A stretch of DNA of 64,000 nt, taken from Calcarisporiella thermophila CBS 279.70. Its lineage: Eukaryota > Fungi > Calcarisporiellomycota. The translations under genes and the position numbers were made by a program. Location of the stretch: contig NW_027192197.1 in assembly GCF_041956535.1 (NCBI RefSeq), positions 1,013,647-1,077,646 on the forward strand. The letters are read 5' to 3'. The notes beneath the pieces were generated by a model that worked only from the letters and a program-made list of their open reading frames with translations, was not told the origin of the DNA and made no database searches. The first letter of the stretch is position 1. Every line of letters starts with the position of its first letter. Positions 1 to 10,981 of the stretch are shown here, in pieces.

Positions 1-680
1 ACCTGGTATCCTTTTTCATAACGACGATAAGTCGCGATCAATTTGTAGTATCCCTAGATCCAGGGGGGACATAAATACAATTTAATTCACATCCTTGTGG
101 AGTTAAACTCGCCAACTTTACCAAGTTTTCAATTTCTTCCATCCACAGCTCGTTCTGTTGAACCGCTAGCCATAACCACTGATTGTTAAACGAGCCTGCC
201 AAGTTGATGACATGCGGGATATCGCGTTTGAAGACACCTGCATATTTAAACAGATGTTGGAAGCCCGAGAATGGCCGATAAGTGCATATATAATGTATCC
301 TTATCATTCAAAATGTTGAATCACAGTGTTTAGGTCCTCTACGTCCTCCTGTTAGCCATTGAGCGGGATTAAATCATTTGTGTATCCACGAGGAGGACGG
401 AAAAATTACAGCCACCTACATCCCAAATGTCAAATCTTGTTTTCCCATCGCTTTCTCCGCAACCTCGGAAATCGAATCGAAAGCTCTCGAAAGGCAGTTT
501 CTTTGCAAGTGGAGAGAGAAATAAATAATCTCTATGGCTGAAGACCCCATGGCACAGAATAGCGAGCTTTTTTCGCCCTGTAAGTAAATCAACTGCCGGG
601 GCTATATCTTGGCGTGTTTCGAGGGTACCGACTATGCGCTCATCGTGATGGTTGCGAATAGTGATATGTTTGGAAGGCAT
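1..680 (-). pseudogene. Alpha/beta-hydrolase pseudogene (runs off the window start)
   Basis: Exon 1 has ILCHG and FRFDFRGCGES. Exon 2 reads EDVEDLNTVIQHFE**GYIIYALIGHSRASNIC, with tandem in-frame TGA TAA (301-306). A frameshift near 250 then leads into FKYA..DIPHVINLAG. Confidence 0.8.
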
Positions 681-1683
681 AGCGGATGTTTTATGTATGA
701 GTATCTAAGTGAAATAATAAACAATCTCCAGAGGTTTTAAAGTATTTAGACTCTTTAATGTCGAAAGCTATATTTGCGAGCCTAATGCCTTCCGTCAAGA
801 GGTTATTTATAGCGATAATTTTCTCCATATATTTCGAAATTGGATTTAGAAGTATCATACAAGGATATTGAACTTGTCACACTTGAAATCCAGAGGAGAA
901 AGCGGTCTGATGAATTATTTCATTTGACTATTTTTGACCAAAAGCCGAGTTTCAATGCGCTACAGAGCTGAATTAAGTCATACTCGACATAAAGAGTTTG
1001 CTGGTAACGAATGGTCTTGCAGCGTTTAGACCAGGGTTGTCGGAGGCCTTAACCCTTTCGGCTCCGGGCAGGCTTGAGAAATTCGGGGATATTGACCAAA
1101 TCGGTTCGACCTCCCATAATAGGATTTAAATATTTATTTACTTTCATAACACACTCAGCATTTTACAGATAAGGTATATTTCTACAACTGGATGTGTTAT
1201 TGTATTTCTCTTGAATATAGTAAATTAGCTATTAATGGCGCATTGAGTTATATATTGAGGATGCAGTTGGTGCTAATAAACTCGGAGAATCTCAGAGGAT
1301 GAGGATGCTGCCCATCGGCCATTGCTTGATTAGGTGGTTTTATTTTCTGAATAGATCTAAAATGGTATATTCTGTTATTAACCTAACCTATCTACAATAT
1401 TAAGCTAGCGATAGAAAATAGTCTTGAGACTAGAATGATACAAAAATATTTGCCGACCCATAATTAAATGTAAAGCATAATATGAATGATATTCTCTCAA
1501 AAGAACTTAATTTCACTGATTATAGAGAAATTTTATTCGCAAATGAATGGAAATTCCATACTAGTATACCTATGAAAAAGGATTTTAAACCTCATGCTCT
1601 AGTCATTTTATGGCTTTGAATTTAGAGCTTTCTTTGAGTTCGTTGGTTCGATAACACCTCGTTCATGTATTGTGCATTAACAC

Positions 1684-2400
1684 TTACTCTAGTTTATAAC
1701 TCGCTTCTGGCGGATCTGACTTCACCATACCTTTGCTGAGATGGCCTAACCATGCCTTGGGTGAAGTTGTGTCAGACTCAGAATTGTTCATTGCTCTCAT
1801 TTCTTGCCAACCTATCAAGCATGGACTCAAATTTGTTGAACTTGAAATGGTAATTGCCGCTTCTCTGTTTCCCACGACAAACTCTACAGGATGATTGAGC
1901 ACCTCCTTGGCGCTACCTTGGAGCTGTATTGTTCCTTCAGACGGAGTCATGCCTTCCTCATCTCCTGGCACTCCTACGTATAAATGCCGCTCAATGACGC
2001 GCAGACGCATCCCTTCTCGCCACACGGCACTAGTCTCTTGACACGCGCCACTTTGAATGGTTTTGCTCTGGGGTGCTAACCCCGCTCCAGCCGCCCAGCT
2101 AGGATACATCATCACATTAAGGCAGTTGCGTATGCGCACTCCACCACTCAAGTACGCAATAAGTGCCATTATCCATAACAATAGGGTTGTGCAAGATGTC
2201 ACGAGAATAGCCTGCCCGTATGGTTTTCCAAAGACACCCTCCTTCTCACCGACTACATATAAAGGCACTTTGGAGGAACCGCAAGGCCCCGGGAAATCCG
2301 GGGATACACCACTAATTATTCTAAGAAGTCCACCCGCGGTGCCAAAAACATCGCGCCCGAACACATCCACATCAATAATAGTCCTCTGAATACTCTGCAT
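1684..2400 (-). CDS. Intronless orphan protein, 238 aa, one hydrophobic segment (TTLLLWIMALIAYL)
   Basis: 717-nt ATG-initiated ORF of about 50% GC within AT-rich flanks; no family recognised. Confidence 0.5.
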   Translation of the reverse strand: MQSIQRTIIDVDVFGRDVFGTAGGLLRIISGVSPDFPGPCGSSKVPLYVVGEKEGVFGKPYGQAILVTSCTTLLLWIMALIAYLSGGVRIRNCLNVMMYPSWAAGAGLAPQSKTIQSGACQETSAVWREGMRLRVIERHLYVGVPGDEEGMTPSEGTIQLQGSAKEVLNHPVEFVVGNREAAITISSSTNLSPCLIGWQEMRAMNNSESDTTSPKAWLGHLSKGMVKSDPPEASYKLE

Positions 2401-3775
2401 TTATATCTAAATCTCTATAGCTATCTAGTTGAGTAGGGTTGTCACGAGCGAGTTTAATTATACCGAAGTGAGCTGCCACGAAATGCAAGATGAAATTCGT
2501 GCATAAACAAGAGCGGACCAGCCATAGATGCCCGCTCTTGTGGTGGGCGGGCTGTAAGCAAATTAAAGCTTTCTTCCTTACAACAAGCAGCGTATTTTTA
2601 GTGTATTTTTCACTCGATGGTGCACTTATTTTATTCTTCTTATTTGTAGAAAAGGATACTCGAGAAGTGCAAATCTTTAAAGGATCACAGTTATCTTTTC
2701 ACATATCCAAAATGAATTAAAATCAGGTACAATGAAACATATATCAATACAAAAAAGGTGTGGATTGATATGATAAGACATTCCTCCGTTCATTGTGGCA
2801 CAGATAAAAGTAACAGAGAGACTTGCTCCCACGCCATATTATGGGATGGAAAGCTTATAATGGTTAAAAATATGCATACGCCTATAATCATATAGTATAC
2901 TTTGAGTTTACAGGTGGAATCCATCCTGCTCTTCTTAATCTGCCGCTGCACCACGTTGTTGGCTCACTCCTGGAAAGCAAATAAAGCTGCTCCCTTGTGG
3001 CTATATACAAACCACATTGTACCGACTAGCTTTGTTTCTGTGGATTACTGAATCCTATCCTGAATTAACTAATATTTTAGTTTCTATTTTTTTTGTTCAA
3101 ACTGAAGTGTTTTATTTGCTGTGGCTCTAGTCAATTTTTACTATGCATCGGGATAGGCTTGCAGCGCAAAAGGAAACCGTAAAAGGCATTTCAAGAATAA
3201 AGGAGAATAGGCAAACGTAAGAAGAAGTCACCAGGAAAGGATCATCAGATAATGCGACAAGTTGACCTTCGTTGTAGCATCTTCCGCCGCTCATATCAGC
3301 TGGAGAATATGCCAATGTAGACTGAGAGGAAAATACACGGGTAGCTCAATAGAACGTCCAACTATAATGCAATTCATTTTTTATCATGGATTCTGATCAT
3401 TCACGAGTATCTTGGTGTTACCACTTATAGAGATAGGCCAAAAAATGCATGAGAGAGCGGTTGTTGAATGCGGAAAACGATGGAAAATGAATTGTATATC
3501 TGTCGGCGGAATTTGCTCGACAGTCGTCAATGCTTTCGCATTTTACTTTTATCAGTAATATAGGAGGATAATACAAAAAATGACAGATTTCAAACAGAAT
3601 AAGCAATAAGATATAGGTGTATATATGATATAGAATTATATTGCAATCGCAAGCTTTGTATCTTTTGAGAAGGGTTAAGAAATATTTACGGAATTCATGG
3701 GATGAAGCAGGGAAAGTTGCTCAAAATGAGGGGGTGCCTATTCAGGGTAATTACATGTTCAAACAAAAAAGAAAT

Positions 3776-5777
3776 TTACTGCGTGGTGACGCCGCTCTCT
3801 AACGTCTTTGGATTTGCTTCACTCTCTTGGACCGTGTAGGTCCCGCTCCTCCTCCATACGCTCATCCGCCTTAACACGCGGCCCCATCCTGCGCCCTCTT
3901 CGCCGGTCGCCACCGTATTCGATTTTCTATAAGAGGCGCCCGTCACGGTGTTATGTCTGCGCAAGTGAGCACTCCCGCCGCGGGCATTCTCCGTCGAATG
4001 CTGAGAGGGGATATTGGTTGAGGCGGGAGGATGTGATCCCATTGTATTTGGAGAGCCGCTATTCTGATGTGTAGCGGTGGGGTTCTCTACCACCTCGACT
4101 CTTTCCTGCTCTTCAGCAACTAAATCAGACTCGTGCTTGTTAGTCAACCATAGGCCCATGCTCCGTGGCCGACCCTCCCTCTTTTTTGGCGGAGAGGGGT
4201 CCGTCTTCGGGGTAGAGGCCGGCCGTGGGTCGTCGATGGAAAGCACGTCCACGAGCTGCTTGTTCTCCATGATACGGAGCAGAATCTTGTTGACATATAA
4301 AGCCATTGCCTTATTCTCGTCCTTGAGCTTCCGGATTTCTTCGCTCATTTCTATCATTGAGTATAAATCAAACAGATGTCATTTATCAGTGACGTTGGTA
4401 AGAGTCATTTTCGAGGAAAGACGGTATGCATACTCTCGAACGTTCTGCTTGAGTCCTTTTCGTCACCCACTTTGACTGGTCGTCCAGAAGTCTGGGATGC
4501 ACGATCCAGCTCCGCCGCTAGATCCAAACCGCCTCCGTTCTCGGGCTCGCTGCCGTTGTGCACCTCCTCGTACTCGATGGAGTGAGCGTCCTCCGCGCTC
4601 CGCTCCATCACAGACGGGGACTGATTCAAATGGCGGTTTTGCTAAATAAAGTTTAATTGCGATACACAGTGAATTAATTAAGCCCCAAGAAAAAAACGGT
4701 GACTCAAAACATGACAGCAAGCAATTACCTGAAGAATAGGATTCAGCATAAATTCTCCGCTCACCGTCTTCTCGTGCAGCAGGATCTGGTAGCTTTCGTT
4801 ATCTTCCATAAGGCTGCGGTTCAGCTGGGTCATTTGCGCAACTTCGTGTTCAAGCGCTGCCAGTCGGGCGCTCTGCTGTTGGGAGCGCGTGGAATAGTCT
4901 TGTGTGAGGTGGCGCGCCTTTTCTAGCTCGGCCATCAAGTCGGCAACTCGGCGCTCGAGAGCCTTGACTCTTCGTTCAGAGGCCCGAGCCTCTTGCAGGC
5001 TCTTTTTGTTATTTTCAGAGGTATATTCGCTAGGTGAGGAGATGCTGGTGGGGCCGGGCGAGTGTGCAGGGGTAAGAGGCTCGTCGTTTGAGTTGGCGTT
5101 TGTGGAACGCCGAACGGAGGCTCGTCTTGAAAGTTTTTCTGAGCCCGCTTGGGCATTGGCAGCCCTCAAGGATGCCATCAGCTCCACCTCACGTTTTTGC
5201 CATGCTGCTCTTTCTTCTTCAAATATATTTACCTAATGATGGCAGGGTTAGTGGTGTGCATCATGGGCGCTTGACCCCTTCGATTTCGCATTACCTCTTC
5301 CGCCAAACGCTTTTCCAATTCCCGCTTTTCCTTCGTGGTATGCAATGCCTCCTTCTTTAACTCTGCAACATCTTGGTTTTGTGCAAATAGTTGCGCCTCC
5401 ATTCGTTCATGGTCACTTCGAGCCGTGGCTAGCTCATGTTGAAGGGATGCCGATTTCTAGCAGGGGTGAAGCAGAGAAAAAAATTAGAAAAACTGGTGGG
5501 GATCGAGAATTGGCTGTGCATTCATGCACACCTTGCGTATATACTCATTCTCGTCCGCCAACAATCGGTTTGATTCTTTGAGGGATTCTAATTGCGTCAA
5601 AAGCTGGATATTCAATGAGAAAAGGAAATAATGCGTGAGATCCCCATTCTTAATAGGACGGCCTGATAATTCTGGCTCATTTCAGTCATATTGGCTACTT
5701 ACGTTAATGTTCTGGTCCTGTAGGATTTTCATATCTCTATCGAGACGAGAAACGAGCGCGGCGATGTCTGATGTCAT
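3776..5777 (-). CDS. Multi-exon fungal coiled-coil protein with a C-terminal FIP-RBD-like segment
   Basis: ATG at 5777 (MTSDIAALVSRLDRDMKILQDQNIN|gtaagt). Coiled-coil exons follow, with EDNESYQILLHEKTVSGEF and ALYVNKILLRIMEN motifs; stop at 3776. Confidence 0.75.
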
Positions 5778-6613
5778 TCTGAGTTTATACGACCGTTCTA
5801 AGGGAGATGGGCAATGAAAGGAGAGGCGAGAGGAAGTGGTAAAAATAGATTGAAACATTAATGTTAACTAAAAGTTGTCTAAGCCACAATGTGGCTTACT
5901 CCTCCATTTATGTTGATATTCGAGAGATGAATAGAGGACATCCGATCTGACAAAGGGCGCCGCGAGATCTCTTTGGAAAATGAATGAAAAAATTAGCAGC
6001 CTTGAAATGTGTAAAAGATGGCAGGTTTGGGCCGTATTACATAGTCCGTGGTATTAAAGACGAGCCCCGTCCATCTCCTATCGTAAGTTGGGCTAAAATA
6101 AGAAAGAGAGACAATGTAAGACACCATACTCCATCTGATACCTGTATATAGAATCCATAGCCTTTAGGAAGAACAATTTAGTCGATGATAGCATTCGTCT
6201 CCCCTCCGAACGCTTCAGTAGCATGGAAGGCGCTTTGCAAATCGCTGTAGGAAGGTGTTCTATATCGAAAGATAGCGCTTTGGGCTGACAAGTTGTCATG
6301 AAGGACGTCAGCTCTACGAATAAAAACAATAGGTTATTAACATTATTTTCCAATAATGTCGCATGAAAAAGTTCCTTTTAAGCTTGTTAGGATATAAAGA
6401 TTTGTAATATGAGGACCAATCCAGGGTGCTGCGTTGAAATTATAGTTTTCTTAGCAAAGCTAAGTTGGATCACAGCCTACTACGAGTATGCACCCTCTTT
6501 AAATTCTGATCAATAGCATCTTGGATCATAGACCCGCGATAGTTATTCGAAAGAGAAATTTAGCCCTTAGATGATTTTGCCTCGCTTTCATCCTTCAGGC
6601 TAGAGTGGTGAGC

Positions 6614-6776
6614 GGATGAACGGCCCGAAATCCAAGGGCTATCTCGACTAAATTACTTGGTTAAGTAATTTAGTCGATTCTATTTCACAGTCAGTGGATG
6701 AGCAGCCGGAAAATCAAGGGGCTGCCTCGACTAAATTGCTTTGTTAAGTAATTTAGTCGATTCTATTTCACAGTCA
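6614..6776. repeat. Tandem duplication (82-83 bp unit), each copy holding a 15-bp inverted repeat
   Basis: TCGACTAAATTACTT-ggtt-AAGTAATTTAGTCGA at 6644-6677 (perfect) and at 6727-6760 (one mismatch). Confidence 0.95.
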
Positions 6777-6873
6777 CTTAGGATATATTCACGTAACTCA
6801 ATACGTCTAACGAACTTAAACGACTGGGACACTTCAGGATGCAGACTCGAGCAGCTAGGACATCATTGACACT

Positions 6874-8817
6874 ATGATACCTAATTTTGTCTTCAGCCAG
6901 CTAGCAGAATCGCCGTTGCCGGCACTGCAGCCATATGGAATGCCCATCGAATTTAAAGGATGCAGAAGGCCGATGACTCATCTGTCTGACAATTCCAGGG
7001 CCACATCGACCACCAATTCAACCCCCGGAGATGACAGGGTCACCCAATGCACGCAGGATAAGCGCCTTTCGTGCATGGCTCATTCCACCGTGGGTGGACT
7101 ACGAATTCAACTCCAGCTCAATTCCTTGACGGATCTTCACCGGCTCCTTGGTGCCGAATTTCGGATGGAGGGCAAATTTGTGCCCGACTTGCACCCCCAC
7201 ATTCAGCTGCCCGAATTCACTCGGGAGGGCGTGCCGATTCGTCGTTGCACCATTTTCAGGTTGACGCGCTATCCGAAGCCGCTTAAGAGCAGCTTGCTCA
7301 ACTGGCTTAGTAAACCCATTGCCCTTAATCGTAAGCTGACGGATATCCTTTTTCATGTGTATGCGAGCGATTGCTTTCCCTGGATAAAGCACCCTGACCG
7401 CGCCGTCTTCCTTGAGTGCTACTTCGCTAATGAGCTTGAGCCTGCACTGCTCCATTCGGCCCTGGCCTTCTCCGCCCTCCACCTGCTCCTGACCCACCCG
7501 CAAACAAACACGAGCAATAAAAAGAGGCTGCATGCGGCGGCAGGAGAGTTGCTTGAGCGGGCACGGCTGCAGTTGGAGGAGGTGTTCGATGCACCCACTC
7601 CGCAAACGGTGCTTGCATTCATGAATATGTCGAACTGCATGATGTTACTTGCGCGGTACCAGGAGGCGTATGGGTATTTCTCCCAGGCGGCGCTGCTAGC
7701 GCTTTCGCTGCAAATGCACCAGGACGACCCGGCAGAGGACGACTCGGTAGAGCGAGAGTTTAGGCGGAGAATCTGGTAGGTGAAATGGAGTGCTTTTGGT
7801 TCGTTGGATGGCATTTTGGGCTCTTGTGCTCTCGACACCCACAGAACCTCCCCATGCCCAGGCTAGTTAATCTCTTGCCTTTAGGTGTTTTGTATGTCAG
7901 CGCGAGCTCTGGTATGTATATATTGGCAACCAATCATCTTTGATCCCACTGGAGATGATCCGGGCCTCGCCCAAACCGACCCTCACCCCGGACGACAACG
8001 AGAACTATAAGCTGTTAGTGGTAAGAACGGATTGATGTGGAGTTTGCTGAGAAGCTAAGGGTGTATTGATCCGTGTCGCTCCCCCTTGGATTAGGTTTTC
8101 TTCCTGATGGATGTGGTTTTCTGTTCCCAGATCGACAAATACCTCAACTTCGACTGGACCTTGTCCGATAACACGATCGCCCAGAACCTCATCGGCGTGG
8201 CTGCGTACCTGCAGCAGGAGCTGACCAACATCTATAGCACGTGTGGCGGAGACAAGCTGCAAATCCGCCTCGACTACGAAATCGACTCCAACTTCTGGAT
8301 CCATTGGTGTGGCCTGTGGATGCCGTTTCTCTCGGCCGATGCTCCCCCGCAAAGATTGGAGACCGAGCTGATGAAGCAGCTGCGAGATAGAGCGCTAAAA
8401 GAGCTTGCAAAGGTAGGGACGAAGGGATGTTTCATTGTTCGTATGCTTTGAGTTGGCTCATCCGCTCCGGCTTGCTCTCCGACCTAGGGCCTGTCCTTTT
8501 GTAATCGCATTGCGTACAATGCCATTCGAGATCGAAACTGGTGCCTGTTTGCTCCGTATATATTTCTACACCGGGTCTGCGACCTCAACCAGTTCCTTGC
8601 TCGGGTGCACCCCAGTCGCACGGTGCGGTACAAGCTCTTCCGGGAGATTTATCAAATGCTTGCTTTGCTGCGCACCTTTGAAGATCGAGGGATGATTGAG
8701 CAGTGGATAACGGACCAACTCATTGACACGCTGAACGTGATAAAGCCGATGGTCTTCTCGAAAGCGGAGCTGGAGACGTTGTACCCAGGCAATCCAAGAC
8801 CCCTAGCCATGAAATAG
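6874..8817 (+). CDS. Fungal-specific transcription factor (Fungal_trans/MHR domain); 5' end uncertain
   Basis: Contains FPWIKHPDRAVFL, LLHSALAFSA and ALSLQMHQD..EREFRRRIW(CF). Four exons with GT-AG introns; stop at 8817. Confidence 0.8.
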
Positions 8818-9762
8818 TGCTAGAGAATAGGTGCTTCTATCTTCTTCGCCCCTATTCCCCTCCCCTCCCCCCCCCACCCTCACTCTCTCTCCTCCCACCC
8901 CAGACTAGCCCAGCGCCTTCATCGCTCTCATCCTCTGTTGTATTTTTTTTTGCCTTTACCCATAATCCCCCTATCCTTTGTATTTTGACTGTTCCTGTTT
9001 GTACCTTTCTCTCTAATCAAGTGAATTAGGCTTTTCCAGGGCTGGGCGTGGAGTGCCCGAAAGGTGCAAATCTTTCGGAAAAACAAGCCATCCCACTTCG
9101 ACATCCCCTCGAGTGGATTGATCTTGGAGGAAGAGGTCTCTCCAGGACCTGGAGGCGTACAGACGGCCATCCCGCTATTACTCAGCTAGTTAGAGTCACA
9201 GCGGGAGTACGCCCACACAACTCCTAGGCGATGCACTCTTAACCTTATCCGCCGGTTCTGGCATGGGTGGCGACGCGGTGATGCAGACCCGACCGCCCCA
9301 TTCATTGTGACATGCTATCCTACGAGACAGCGAGCCAGGTCAGAGCCCATTCTCCCGCTTCCATTGCTAATGGAACCCCCCTCGTTCGTTTGTCCGTCTG
9401 GCCGGGCCAGCATCCTGTCAACGTAAAAAAAAAGTTTATTTTTAACAACAAAAACAAATAGCCATAGAGATAAATAAAAGGTGGTATAAGATTGATCCTT
9501 GATACGTAAGGGGAAAAAAAAAGATAAAATGAGAAAAAAAAAGAGTAGATTGCGGAAAAATAAGACACAGACCGATGCAAAGGAGAAGAATAAGAGACAG
9601 AATGAATAGAGGTAAGGTATCAAAGATCAATGAATTATTTGCACAAAATAATAGTTACCTTTTATGTGAGAGAAAAGAAAAAAAAACTAAATACAGAAAA
9701 AAGGTGGCTATATTAAAGAATAATAGTAATAGGATTCGGCATAGAGCCGAGGCAAGCCGGGT

Positions 9763-10981
9763 TCATTCCTGAGGGACCATGTACAGCCGCTGGCTGTCGA
9801 AGATGGTCCGCATGGGGTGCTGGCGGTGTTGCAGCGGCTGCAGCGACTGCGTTTGCTGTTGAAGATGCGGGTGGTGATGAGACGGCTGGTGCTGTTGTTG
9901 ATGCTGCTGCTGGGGTTGAGGGTGCTGGGGCTGTGGTGAGGGTGCGAAGGGGTTGAGCGGGAAGGAGGCCGCGTTGGGGATACAGGCGTTGGCGGCGGGG
10001 TGGGCGGGCGAGGTGAGAGGGGGGGATGTGTAGAGGGGGGTGAAGGACGACCAGCAGTACGACGGCGAGGGGCGCATCACGTTGTTCATCAGGCCGAAGT
10101 TGGAGGTGGCGAGGCCGCTCGACTCGGCGGCGAAGTCGGCCGTGGGGTCGCGCTCGCCGCCCTCGTCTTCGGAACGGGTGCGCCGCTTTGCGTCGCCCCG
10201 CTTCTTGCGCTTCGGGACCTCCGGGCTCTCAAGCTGCTCCCGCGCCGACAGATCGATGCACCAGTACGAGCCCTTACCCTGCTCGCCGCGAGCCCTGCCG
10301 TCACGCACGAAGAGCTTCTTCATGGTCAGGTTGTGGCGGATCGAGTTCTAATGGGGGCCAGAGCAGCAGAGGTTAGTTACCCAGCCTGAGGGGGGGGGGG
10401 AGGGAGGGAGAAGCTGGATGGAGACATGTACCGCCACGTGCACACGTGCGCATCCACGTCCATCCCTTTGCAAGGGGAGTCCAGCTAATTACCTTCCAAG
10501 GGCACCGAGCGGTGCGAAAGTACGGATAGTGGCACAGGAACCAGTCGTAGATTTCCGACACGGTCATGCGCTGGTCGGGGCTGGACTCGATGGCATCGCG
10601 GATCAGGCGGGCGTAGGAGCCGGGGGGGCGGCCATCGGTGCGGTGCTTGCGCGGGCGGCCGGGCGGCGGGATTGGCGGCGCGCGGTCCAGCACGTCCTCG
10701 GACGATTCGCGGTGGAGTAGGGCGGCGGGATCGTCGTCGCGGGCGTAGGGCTTGATGTTCTGGGGGAGCGGGGATTGGGGCGGCGGCTGCGGCTGCTGGT
10801 AGTGTGGATGGAAGGGGTGCGAATGGAGCGCCTGCGGCGGGGCCGGGGAGGGGGCGGGTGCATCGGGGCTCCATCGCGGGGGCGAGGCGCGCAGGAATTG
10901 GTAGTAGGGATCAAAGCCCAGCGGGCGCATGTCCTGCCAGCCCGCGCCGGAGGCCAGCGATATGGAGAGGGGGTTGGACAT
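9763..10981 (-). CDS. Forkhead (winged-helix) transcription factor; exons 10493-10981 and 9763-10347
   Basis: Spliced sequence RPPGSYARLIRDAIESSPDQRMTVSEIYDWF..PYF...WK|NSIRHNLT..LFV...GKGSYWCID; Q/P-rich C-terminus. Confidence 0.95.

Noticed and set aside
3127-3330. Exon-like segment SPADMSGGRCYNEGQLVALSDDPFL
   Set aside because: Could not be joined into a gene model.
1049-3678. TTAACCCTT...AAGGGTTAA as piggyBac ends around the orphan ORF
   Set aside because: The match is only 9 bp and no transposase or extended TIR is seen.
6614-6776. CRISPR-like palindromic repeat
   Set aside because: Only two units, the inter-palindrome sequence is also duplicated, there are no cas genes, and the context is eukaryotic.
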